Positions 1-12,400 of a stretch of 64,000 nt of DNA are shown here, piece by piece. Location of the stretch: NCBI RefSeq assembly GCF_004010195.1, contig NC_057746.1, forward strand, positions 26,742,070 through 26,806,069, given 5' to 3'. The notes beneath the pieces were generated by a model. The model did not search any database. It was not told where the DNA came from and worked only from the letters and a program-made list of their open reading frames with translations. Position 1 is the stretch's first letter, and the number at the start of each line of letters is the position of its first letter. Origin of the DNA: Chiloscyllium plagiosum. Taxonomy: Eukaryota. The translations under genes were made by a program, and so were the position numbers.

Positions 1-2212
1 TATGTTCAGTTTCTTGTGTATATTCATTAAGTTGCTAATATGACTATGATTGTTGTGGGTATGGTATGGATTACTATGTAGTTCACTGATAGATGATATT
101 ACGCAGTGGCAAACTGTCACAACAAAACAGCAAAGCCATTGTTGCTAGGATTCTTTTCTGGATAACAGAAGTAAAATGGTACAGGGTAAACACAATGAGG
201 TTTTCATTTTATTAAAATAAGTTCCCGTTCCCTGTCAACTAAATAAACCTTATATATTGGTGGTAGCAGGTTGTAGGAAATAGCTTCGATGATGCATACC
301 GCCTGGCACACCAGTGAAATGCAAATGCATCAAGAATCTCGTTGAAGAATAAAAGAAAAGTAATTGTGTCCACGCTGCAAGTATACAGCATTTAAACGTT
401 TATGCAAGGGAAGAAAATGAACTTGAGTCAATTCCTAGTTAAAACCATCCCTATTCATAGGTCACAGACGATTTCGCTGACAGGAAAACCTGTTTGCAGG
501 TCAGAATAAACAGTCAGGTAAACTGATGCTAATTGCTAAGCTTTTGCACTGAACTTACTTGGGACAATTTTGAGAACAGTTTTACAGGATTCTTTGAGGA
601 CCGTCGAGATCCCGGCGAAAGTCAATCGTTCCAAAAGTGAGTATACAATATAACCTACAAGGTGAAATTATGGTTGTTCTTTTTTCACACCAGAGATAGT
701 TTTAAAGCCGTAACCACGCTTCTTATGAGGTCTGGTGCATTGTAAATATATTGGAATATTTTGGGCAAGTGTGCTGTTTCTATCAACATTTAGAAATCAC
801 TCTGGTAGGAGGCACTATATCACAATAATGCTCAAGGATAATATTGTACCTCTGCCTCCACAGGCATATACAAGATTTGGCAGAATTATATCCTTACCAA
901 TGTGATGTATAACGACAGAAATAAATTTTACAACATATTTTCCATGTGGGGATCGTAAAAAAGTCTTACTTTGGTATCGGCTTGCTTTTATTTCAAATGT
1001 ATCACTTCTTGATTCAAAATTGCGGGATGTAAGTTGTTTTAATGCAACGTTTTAAACATTCTTGGGATAAGATGAAATATGTTCATTACTCGCTGTAATC
1101 ACTTAAAATTGACAAATGCGAATTTAGTTTTCCAAAAACAAGGAAGGTGCCATCAATTTGGTCCAGCTAATACTGAGAGACACCTGCAGACAATCCACCT
1201 GTCTTTTACATCTCAGTATACCGTTAAAAGAAATTTGGGTCTCTATCGTTGTGCTTTCTATATTTGAGTTTGTTGAATTTGGTTTGGTCAGTTGCATCAG
1301 TAAGTGTTTACCCGTCTAACAATGCTCTACTTGTAAGATTAAAAATGGTACTATTTTCCCCTTCTACTACTTAATCTGCTAGCACTGGAACATTCAAAGA
1401 ATTGCACATTTGAGACTCGAGTTCTCGATCCACATCTGGATATTCTCCCCTTGATTAATTGCTCAGTTTTATTTCTCTTCAAAATGCGTGTTTCCGTTTC
1501 ACACATGGTCTTCCTTACAGTTATTTGTTATAAGCCGTTCTAAGCAGCTATTTCTGTTATACTTTGAACTACTCCATACTATTTGGGTCATCAGCAAATT
1601 TTGAGATTTTGAGCAGTGCACACATTTCTAAATGGAGACTAATGTTTGCTGGATTTGTGAAACAATTAATGCATAAACGAATATCTGACCTTATTTTTCT
1701 GATGGCCTTTGCAGTTATTTTCTCTGATGAATTAACCCTGCTATATTAGTTGCTTACTCCTCGGAAAGCACAAATTAATTTTTAATCTGAATTCAGATGT
1801 TTGGCCATCGTTCTGTTATTTCATCTTTTGTAAATTTCTAGATCTCAGAGATCCATTTAAGTTGCTTTGATATGCGCATCTGCTCTCTCTACGCTCAAAT
1901 GCAATCATTCGCAGGAGACTGAAAAATTGGTCCCAGCAGTAAACAATTTTGCATTCCAAGCTAGTATTGAATAATCACTCCATATCTTCCGCCACATTAC
2001 CTTGTTTTAAAAAAGAAATAATGTCAAGTGTAATCTACGTGGGAAGAGGAGAGCCAACGGTTCTGTTATTGTCGCAAATAATCCCTTAAATTTGCAAGTA
2101 AACACTCCTTCACGTGGTACACAAGTTTTAAGAAGCACTAAGAGAAGCAAGAGAACAGAATATATTCAAGTTAGAACTTCAATACCCATTAGCCAGAGTG
2201 GTTAAGTAGTTA

Positions 2213-2392
2213 GGAGAAAGTGAGGACTGCAGATGCTGGAGATCACAGCTGAAAATGTGTTGCTGGAAAAGCGCAGCAGGTCAGACAGCGTCCATGGAGC
2301 AGGAGAATCGACGTTTCGGGCATGAGCCCTTCTTCAGGAATCCTGAAGAAGGGCTCATGCCCGAAACGTCGATTCTCCTGCTCCTTGGATGC
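2213..2392. mobile_element. Palindromic PLE-terminus element with a hammerhead core on each strand
   Basis: 14-bp TSD tggttaagtagtta (2199-2212, 2393-2406); inverted arms each read CTGAAGAAGGGCTCATGCCCGAAACGTC. Confidence 0.85.
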
Positions 2393-2768
2393 TGGTTAAG
2401 TAGTTATACCACTAACTTTGCCAGCCGAGGTTTGTTGAACATCACTTCCAGATTGGAAATCCTCCTCCTTGATGCTTTCTATTTAAATTGAATAAATATT
2501 TGCAGAATTTTAAGGAGGTTGTCACTTAGAACCACTTGAGTGTACTTAAAGTGGAAAGTGGCTAAATGTGGCCATACCTGTTTGAGTGACTAAATAAAAT
2601 AAGAATAAATTTAAACTGAATAAGGGAATTTAAGACGCACTCCAGATTCCTACTGCAAATTAGTATGTAAATCCACAAGATGCATCGGAGAAAATTATCA
2701 AAAGCAACGAGGACAAAGGTTCCACAACGTGGCCAAAAAAAAGTAGAACGTGAATTGTTTTACAAATA

Positions 2769-2997
2769 CAGGTAAACTCCCGTTTTTTGAAAGTTTGCTT
2801 CACGCCAGTTTGCTTTTACGAAAGACATAAATTAATACCTGTTTCCCCGAACCAGAAGACATCCAAAGAGGATTTTCACTTTTATGAAAAAAGACAAAAC
2901 TTTTCCCTTATAAATTAATGCTTCTTTGCTTTACACCATTTCAGCTTTTGAAAGGTTTCATAGGAATGCTCTACTTTTGAATAGTTGGGGATATCTG
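2769..2997. mobile_element. Tc1/pogo(Tigger)-type MITE
   Basis: TA|CAG...CTG|TA termini and imperfect ~25-bp terminal inverted repeats. Confidence 0.6.
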
Positions 2998-4128
2998 TAT
3001 GCATAAAAGTACATTAAAGGGAATTATGGAGTCAACTGATAAGCAAGGGGGAAATCTGCTTGTGGATGTAGGAGGCTTGCCTGAGGCGTGAATAATTCTT
3101 CAATGCCTTCAAAAAAGTAGAATTGATTCCTCTACCATAGAGAATGGGGAATGACAATTGCTTAGAATGAAATAGAGAATAGAGAATTACTTAATAGATT
3201 AGTAACATTAAAAGTAGAAATGTATCAGTGATATGATTCATTCATGGATTGATAGGGAAAGTATGGAATAGGTCTTAGGATGTGACACTTGGAATTTTCG
3301 AAATACTTAATGATTTCAAAGTCATGCTACAATCTTTGCAAATCTTTGGTTACGACGTTTCTCGCTTAAATGTCAAAGCCTTGGAGATAATACAGGGAAG
3401 ATTTGTCTTAATTATATCAATATGTTTACAATTGTGACGAGGGACTTCTGTTATGTGGGAGCCTGGGACAGGTCTCTAAGGATCAAAGAAAATAAGTGCC
3501 ATATAGTAGTGGTGTTCAGAGCTATACTTGACTTTGATAGTTCAGGTAAAAACACACCGTTTCTACTGGCAGAAAACTCGTAAGCAGATGACACCAACAT
3601 ATGAGAATTAGCAACAGAACCAGAGCGAAAATGACAGCATTCATTCCCACCAGTTATTAAGATGTACATCACCCTAGTGCATCAGGATAAGAATTCAAAG
3701 GTAAGTTTAAAAATGGAATATATTTACAATTGAAGTGCAAGTTACATGCAGGGCTATGCCAAAGGTGGAATGGAGTGGTTGGGGCTGTGGAACGCTACTA
3801 ATTAGGATGTCCTTTCAAAGAAGAAGAAATGGCACGTTTTGTTGACTCCTGACTCATTTAGATGATGCCCTGGTTTTTAATTTCCGCGCATGGATCGCTG
3901 AACAATTATCCTGCTGTTCTTGTAATGTGATGTTTAAAATTAGATCACGTAGATGATGTGACTCAGCTGGCATCGGCAGTTAAGCAAAACAGAACAGATA
4001 AATTCAGTGTTTCTAATGAAGAATCTGATCATATATTTGTGTGTACGTTAAGCAGATCTTATCTACCACAACAGCGTATGTTTATTTAGGTCAAGTGCTG
4101 ACTATATCAAAGAGAAAATATTGACTCT

Positions 4129-4211
4129 AGAGTGTGGTACTGGAAAGGTACAGCAGGTCAGGCAGCATTCGAGGAGCACGAGAATCGACATTTCTGGCAT
4201 AAGCCCTTCAT
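4129..4211 (-). mobile_element. Degenerate single-arm PLE terminus
   Basis: Similar to the arm of the 2213 and 42219 elements; hammerhead core truncated. Confidence 0.6.
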
Positions 4212-4709
4212 ACAAGATATGAAGAAGACATTTTTTTCTTGACCAGCTATTCTATTCAATTCAGTTATTCTAGCCAATACAATGCAGCTTATTTACATGA
4301 CGATGTAAGAAGGAATGGAAATTCAACTAATTGCACATTTTGCACACATGCCCTCACATAATCAATCACGCTTCATTTAGTCATTCACAAAGCAAAACTA
4401 TATTGACTACAGCTTTAGTGCAATATGTGTGTTGTTTTAATTACATTTAATCCTAAAATGCAATGGCATATGAGAAGTAGCTTTGAATTTCTTGATATCC
4501 TTCATTTTATGCAGTTAAAGTCCGCCATCATATTACTTTATTTGCGAAGAAACACATAGTCCTGCATACAGTTTAAAACCTGACTGCATTTTATGCATTT
4601 TTTACTTAGGAGAACAGAACCTGCAGTGTGCTTGTTCTCACCTGCGTCCTTCAAAGTGACTTTCCATAGCTAAATTCCCCAGCACCAGACATGTCGAGTA
4701 CCATCTTAC

Positions 4710-5999
4710 ACTGATCAGGTGTACCCTAGAACTCTGTGGGAAACTAGGGAAGTGATTGCCGAGATATTTGTATCATCAATAGTCACAGGTGAGGCGCTGG
4801 AAGACTGGAAGTTGGCTAATGTTATGCCACGGTTTAAGGAAGGTGATAAGGACAAACCAGGGAACTATACACCAGTGATCCTGACATCGGTGGTGGGAAC
4901 GTTGTTGGGAGCAGGATGTCCATGTATTTGGAAAGGCAAGGACTGATTAGAGATAGTCAACATAGCTTTATGCGTGGAAAATCATGTCTCACAAAATTGA
5001 TTGAGTTTTTTGGAGAAATAACAAAGAGGATTGATGAGGGCAGGGCAGTAGACGTGATCTATATGGACTTCAGTAAGGCATTTGAAAAGGTTCCCCATGT
5101 GAGACTGTTTATCAAGGTTAGATCTCATGGAATATAGGGAAACCTAGCCATTTGGATACAGAACTGGCTGAAAAGTAGAAGACAGGCAGTGGTGGTGGAA
5201 GGTTATTTTCAGACTGAAGGCCTGTGACCAGTTAGGTGCCACAAGGATCGGTGTTGGGTCCTCGACTACTTGCCATTTACATAAATGATTTGGACACGAG
5301 TATAAGAGGTATAGTTAGTAAGTTTGCATATGACACTAAATTTCGAGGTGTAGTGGACAACGAAGAAGGTTACCTCAGATTACAACGGGGTCTTGATCAG
5401 ATGGGCCAATGAGCTGAGGAGGGGCAGATGGAGTTTAATTTAGATAAAGTGAGGTGCTGCATTTTGGGAAAGCAAATCTTAGCAGGACTTATACACTTAA
5501 CGGTAAGGTCTCAGGGAATGTTGCTAAACAAGGAGACCTTGGAGAGCATTTTCATAGCTCCTTGTATGTAGAGTCACAATTAGATAGGATAGTGACGAAG
5601 GCGTTTGTTATGTTTTCCTTTATTGGTCAGAGTATTGAATACAGGAGTTGGGAGATCATTTTGCGGCTGTACATGAGATTGGTTAGGCTACAGTTGGAAT
5701 ATCGCATGCAATTCTGATCTCCTTCCTATCGGAAAGATGTTGCGAAACTTGAAAGGATTCAGAAAAGATTTACAAAGATGTTGCCAGGGTTGGAGTATTT
5801 GAGCTATAACAAGAGGTTGAATAGGCTGGAACTGTTTCCCTGGAGCGTTGGAGGTTGAGGGGTGACATTATGGAGATTTATAAAATCATGAGGGGCATGG
5901 ATAGTATAAATGGACTAGATTGGGTTGGAATATCTGGTCGGCATGGACAAGATGGACCAAAGGGTTTGTTTCTGTGCTGTACATCTCTATGACTCTATG
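4710..5999 (+). mobile_element. CR1 LINE, 5'-truncated ORF2 RT remnant
   Basis: Peptides DKPGNY.PV.LTS, QH.F..GKSCLT, VDVIYMDFSKAF; (CTCTATGA)n tail. Confidence 0.92.
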
Positions 6000-6189
6000 G
6001 AGTTAGATGATGCCAAGTGCGCACTTTTACGTTCAATATTGCACGAGCAGAATTTCTCAGGTATTGACGCATTTTCAGGCAGCGTGTCTCTATCGAAGAG
6101 ATTATAAAGCAGAATTTCATGTTTTAAAATTGTTTGTTGCCGGTATAAGGAATGTGTAATGGAGTTCATGCATAGCTTGCCATCTGACA

Positions 6190-6300
6190 TCTTACTCTTC
6201 CTGCCTGCCATGCCCGTTAATTTCGTTGACGCCTCACTTCCTGTCAGATGTGAGCCTGTCAGTTCAGCAGTAAACTACAAAACCACTTTATGAATTTACT
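6190..6300 (+). promoter_or_regulatory. Candidate proximal promoter of gene A (ETS site, E-box, RUNX-like site)
   Basis: CACTTCCTG 6235-6243, CAGATG 6245-6250 and AACCACT 6281-6287 lie 150-200 nt upstream of the ATG. Short motifs, so weak evidence. Confidence 0.35.
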
Positions 6301-6434
6301 AGCAACCCGCGGTTCAACTTGTACCGTTTAATGCTGTAAGCCTGGCTATTGTATCACTCTAAAGTTTGATCTTATCTCGTGCTGCAATTTGGAGTAACGA
6401 TATTTATTTTCCTGTTTAAACTCAGTTCGTAACA

Positions 6435-6495
6435 ATGGTGACAGAACGGTGGTCAACAGCCCCTTTCTTCCTTCTCTTTTCAATTTCTCTTTCAG
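6435..6495 (+). CDS. Gene A exon 1, signal peptide MVTERWSTAPFFLLFSISLS(G)
   Basis: ACAATGG start context, hydrophobic core, strong phase-1 donor CAG|GTAAGT matching the phase-1 IgV acceptor. Confidence 0.8.
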
Positions 6496-9400
6496 GTAAG
6501 TGAATCGTCATGCTCTTATTATTGTTAATTGTAGGACAGGAACAATAATTAATTATAGTAAGTTGACGATTACGTGCATTTCTGAAAGCATAGCTTAACA
6601 AGTTGCTGTATTGGCTAAAGCAGACACAGAACTAAATAGCATCTTCAACATTTGATGAGGCATGCATTTAATTACACAAAAACATTCAATTATTCCATTT
6701 GGCATCAATACATTTTAAAACTTCAGCATTGAAAATCACTCAAACAAAAGCACGTCCTTCGATAATATGGTATGAATTTCAAAGACAGACGTCTTGTGCT
6801 AACAATTTACATTAACATCATTCTTTGTATGCGCCGATGTTGTTCAGCTAATTGCATTATGCATCTCCATTAATACAGCTGCGTATTTTTATTTTGATTA
6901 AAACAATTATAAGCATTTTATGTACATCTCACTGATATCTTTCCTATTTGTTTTGCTAAATAAATACTTTGCTGAGTTACCAAGCTTGAAGTACCAAACA
7001 CAATTCAGTAAGCAAGTTAGTAGATTAGTGGTCTCCGAAAATCAAAGGCTACCTTCAATCTAATAACTGCAGGCCATTTAGTTCAGCTACCACAATATTC
7101 CTACGGTGGATTTCTGAGAGTCGTGAATCTTAACACTTGATAATATTTTTATAACTTTTTGAAACCTATTACATTCTCTTTACGCTACTTATGCTAGCAA
7201 CATATCTAACATATTGACTGCCAATGGCACGTTAGTTACTTAGTTTCATATTTTCCTCTTTGTTTCTGATTAGCTAGATCTCATTTCTGGACAATACACA
7301 TTAGGGAGGATGTGACTGCATTAGATAGAGTGCATAAGAAGTTTACGAGAATAGTTCCCAGGATGAGTAACTTGAGCTATATTGATAGAATTGGGAAATT
7401 GGAGCTACTTACTTTGGAGTTGAAAAGACTGACAGATATAGTCGATTAGATTACCTACAGTATGGAAACAGGCCCTTCGGCCCAACACGTTCACACTGAC
7501 CTCGGAAGAATAACCCACCTAAACATTCGATTTACCCCGACTAATGCACCTAATACTATGGGCAATTCATCTTACCTGCACATCTTTTGATTGTGTGAGG
7601 AAACCCACGCAGACTCAGGGAGAATGTGCAAACTCCGCACAGTCACCCGAGGCAGGAATTGAAGACATGCCCCTGTAGCTGTGAGGTAGCAGTGCTAACC
7701 ACTGAGCCACAGGCTTCCTTCATCTGAGTATATCGGGAGAAAATACTCTTCCTAAAAGTGACTAGAAGTAAATACATTTGCAGAAGAAGCAAATTTGTAT
7801 AAAAAATGAACATTCCCCTACAGTGTATAAAAGCAAGTTATTGCAGAAGGTAAAAATTTGAAATAAAAGCAGTGTACTGGAGAAATCAGGTGATCTGGCA
7901 GCAGATTCCTTTTTCAGACACCGAAAAAGAAAAGCCTAGCGTTCTGAAGAAACGTCAGGTCGGCCTGGAAGTGGCAAATCTATTTCTCTCACTATTGATT
8001 GTGCCAGACCTGCTGAGCTTCTCCAGCAATTGCTGTTTTATTTTAATCTCACACAGAGAATGCTTAGGATCGGAAATGTCCGGCCTGAACTCGCTGTGTT
8101 GGATGAGTCAAGCAAGATATTGAGACAGACATTAAATGATTATTTGAATAGAAACAATGATGAGGGTTACGGCAAAAAAGCAGAACGATAAATCATACTG
8201 TTCATTCAAAGAGGCGGTGTATATATGATGGGCCGGATTGCCGTCTTCTGCACCATAATAATTCTGTGCTTTTATGTAATCCTCTGTAACCAACAGACAT
8301 TAAACCAGCCAATTGTTTTATTATTTGGAAACGATTTACCATTATCACTCTTCAAATCTTCTTGTTAAAAATGTCTCATAGTCACCAATATTGGCGCTCA
8401 CATATCATTGCCCTTCAGTGAGGGACAATCTTTGCTGCCATTCCCCATAGCTATTCTGAGTACTGGGTATTCAGTTTGAAACCAAAGATCACGAGCAGCA
8501 CTCCAGATATAGACTCACCAGCGTCAAATACAATCTCAGAATAATTAAACTAGATTTTTCATTTCTTTCATCTGGAATGCAGCAAATGGGGAGATATAAT
8601 TTGCACAAATGATTGTTTCAAAGTATTCCAGAAACTGAAAGGGATAGCCTTACATTTACTAACAATTTAAAAATCCATTTTAGGTTTTAGAAATGGCATA
8701 ATTGTCTGTACATATTTTGAAGAAATTAATTCTGCAATTATAATAACAATGTTGAACACGTATTAATATGGACATCGAGGACTAATTTGAAAATATCAGA
8801 TCATTTGAAGTTGATTTGAATTGTTACAACAATCTGTCAGATGTTGGAAATAACGTGATTGTGTCACTTATGCTGTTTTTCAAATACTGAACCTTTTAAA
8901 AATAAAACGATATACAATAACTAATGCTCAGAATCTTTTCCTGGGGATGTGTATTTTCTCTGAAGTTAGATACTTGTTGCGGGTCATGATCAGCGTAAAA
9001 TCTATCGTTTATTGGTTGAATATTACTGATTCTGACATTTGTTTAATGATTCAGCATGCAGTTAAAACTGTACAGTTTTCATACCCCACCCCTATGGATT
9101 TTAAAACTCATAGATCAAGTAAGAAATTTTGATAAAAACTAAAACGAAGCTTTAAATGTGCACAATCATTCAAATAACTTTACTTGCACACGCTACATGC
9201 AATAGATTTGTAGACAGCTGTCGCTTTCTTTGAGGTGAACAGCCGAAGGAAACACCCATGACAAAATATAAGATTACAGTTTAAGATTACAATCTTTAAA
9301 TCTAGGAAGTAAATGATATTTCTTAATTTAATGAGGCGATGTAACAAAAATAAGAGGCTTGATGTGATTCCACTCTGTGCACTGTCACACGCAAACAAAT

Positions 9401-12400
9401 ATCAGCTCATTTGTAGATGAAAAAAATGCAGCTTATGTTCCAAGAGACAACGCTGCCGAACGTCATTGCTTAAACAAAGACTTGAAGAGGTTCACGAGCT
9501 CATCATGATGACGATCTGCCCCTTCACTGAATTAGTTTCTTATGGCAGCATGTTACATAAGACTTGATAAATACTATCGCCCATCAGATGAATCTCATAA
9601 ATGGAACGTTGATTCAATTCGTTTAAATTTAAGATATCGACAGTTTTAAATGATTCATTCTGTATATTGTAGTTTATTGATGAATTAATACAGGAAACTA
9701 ATACTGAAAATGCATACATTTCTCCTAACTGCCGCTGGGTACATTAATTAAACTCATGTTATTACATTTCCATCACATTGAAATGAGACATCTGTTGATA
9801 GATAATGTTTATTGAAGGTAAAGTGCATTGAGTTGATTTAGGACGTATTTGTAGTGAAGCAAGAAAAAAAAATCAACATTTCCTTGCTTGAGATGTCAAC
9901 ACACCAAAGAATTTCCTCGCAGCATTGACCTATAATCGCAATTGGATAAATCGCTCAAAAGTATTTTTCTTTCGAACAGTAATCTTTGGCTACTGCACCA
10001 GCTACACTTTATACGCTTAATACAATTTGGACAAAAAATGTTCATGTAGTCACTGCCGTCAAATGATCTTAGAATAGCATACTCAAAATTTACTTAATAG
10101 CATTTCAGTCAGAAGTGATACTGCGATCACTAAACCAAGTCAGCATGGTTAAATCGTGCATGATGCAACAATTTAGCCAATTATAATGATAATGATTTTT
10201 TTCTGTTTCGTGCACAATTAGGTATGGACGCTGGTGATGTAGTTCAAGCTCCCAAAAACATTCATATAATGCAAGGCCAGAGTGTGATTTTGAACTGCTC
10301 CTTTCGTTTGCAAGGACTGGGTACCTACAGCTGGAGAAGGGACGACATTCCTATAGACTTTGACTCACCAAGATACAAACAAAGAATTACAAAAGCTGAC
10401 ACTAATGCTTTCAAGTTGAGGAAAGACGCATCCATTCAAATTAAGAATATGACAGAGTGCGATTCTGGCAGATATTTCTGTGAGATTGAAATAATGGGGA
10501 AACAGAAGAGTACAGGCAATGGAACCATGGTTACCGTGGAACGGCGTAAGGAACGGAGCCATAAGGAATTTTGAATTTGTTTTTGGAATTAAAACGTTAC
10601 CTCATTGTTTCCTCCATGCTATTATCATTCTATTTCTCTGCAACCTCTCTCTGTGTTTGCCTGCGTTGCTCAGTCTTGCCACCTGTGAAAAGTGCACAGT
10701 TTATCTCTCTCCCTCCACACTTTCACCTTGTCTGTATGTTTTTATGTCTCTTCTTATGTTCCAGTCTCAACTCTCGTAACTACTGTTTTATTTACCTTAT
10801 GTTTTACATATGCATTTATAAATAAATAAATTGTTTTTCTTTCATTTCTACAGATGCTTGTGATAAAGAAAGGCCTTTAAAAGCCTTGCCATTTGACTGG
10901 ATATGGATTGCAGTGGCAGGAGGAGTCACGCTGCTGGTCACTCTGTCGCTGCTTGTGGTAATCATAATTCTTGCTCGACGAAACAAAGGTATTGATCGTA
11001 TTGAAAATGGCAAGCAATCATAATGCTTTCTAACTCTTGCCCCATAGTACTAAAATGTTGCAGTAGTATGAAAGATCTCATGCAATTTTGAAGTGGTTAA
11101 TATATTTACCATTTTTGAAAGAAACAAGACTAAGTGATACTAATGTTTTTCATGTGTCATGGGAGCAGCTCTGGTCTCCAGGTCATGCAAAGGTATTTTG
11201 CTAGTGGAGAACCTTCAAGAAAAAACGATTTACTCTAATTATGCCACGACAGAGAAACTATGCGTATCAGGAAAGCTTAGGGAGGCAAAGTATGTTTTCT
11301 GCAGTAAACTTGAAAGGAGGATATGGATAGATAATCTAAACATAGATTAATAGAATATACTTCCGTTAAATGGCAAAAGATGGGTCTTCAGTGAAAACGC
11401 AATATAGATGATTCTATATTTAATTTGGGAAAAAAACAATCCTATCCAGAGAGTAGTTAGAATGTGCAGCTCGCCACAAAAAAGTGTGATTGAGGTGAGT
11501 AGGGTAGATGCATTAAAAGAAAACTTGGATAATAATATAAGAAACAAGGAGTAGAAAAAATATGTGATGGAGTTAAATGAGGAAGGGTTTGAATAATCTG
11601 GTATGGATAATAAACATCAATATGATGTTGTGGACCAAGCCAGTGCCCCTCAAATGATTTTAGAAATTAGGTAGGATCTTAACGTTTTTATAAGACAGAT
11701 GTAAAGTGGATATTCCAGGATTGCTGCAGCTGTTCAAACCACTCACGATTGAACTGTATTTCAACACTACGGATGAAACATAAACAAAATAAAACAAAAT
11801 TTAGAATTGCTTAATTATTTGTAAATCCACTGACTCGAAAATGCAACTTAACAATATTGTTTCAAATCACGCCGCATCCCTTAAACACCCCTTGGCAAAT
11901 GATAAATTCAAACGCAGGCTCTTACAGGCAGGAGAGATTTCAGAGAGAAATTCCAGGGGAGACCTTTGTTGAAGCCTGGAACCTCTTTTCACGGTAATTA
12001 CTTCACTAGGTCCCCAGCAGTTTTCTGACTGAAAGCAACCAAACTAGGGAGAAAATAGCTGAACTGGGGCAACGGACAACTACCCTGCCATTGTTCAAAG
12101 TAACCAAATCCAGTCAAATCTGCACCTTTGACTTTACGACCCCTCTTGAGAAAAAACAAGGACAACATAACCTTGTTAAAGGGGCAGCATCGTCACTATG
12201 ATGATGTTAGATAGAATGACCAACTTCTTTGCTCTAATTATAACACAACTTTTAGACTTCCAACATGCTCTGCTATCTTTTGTTTTCCAAAAAATGGAGG
12301 ACAATATGTCTTAATAATATGACTTATAAACTAATCCCACTGACATAGTCAAATAAGGCGCAAAAGGGAAACTAAGCAGAAACAGAAAATGAATTATTGC

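Noticed and set aside
2213-2392. DNA-transposon MITE, rho-independent terminator or CRISPR reading of the palindromes
   Set aside because: Arms are asymmetric, TSDs are 14-15 bp, the sequence matches PLE 3' termini, and the DNA is eukaryotic with no spacer array.
10546-10574. ORF-track C-terminus RKERSHKEF of the IgV ORF
   Set aside because: Intron read-through past the GTAAGG donor; a secreted isoform is unsupported.
10180-10600. Rearranging Ig/TCR V segment
   Set aside because: V and J-like strands are in one exon, there is no CACAGTG/ACAAAAACC signal, and a TM exon follows directly.
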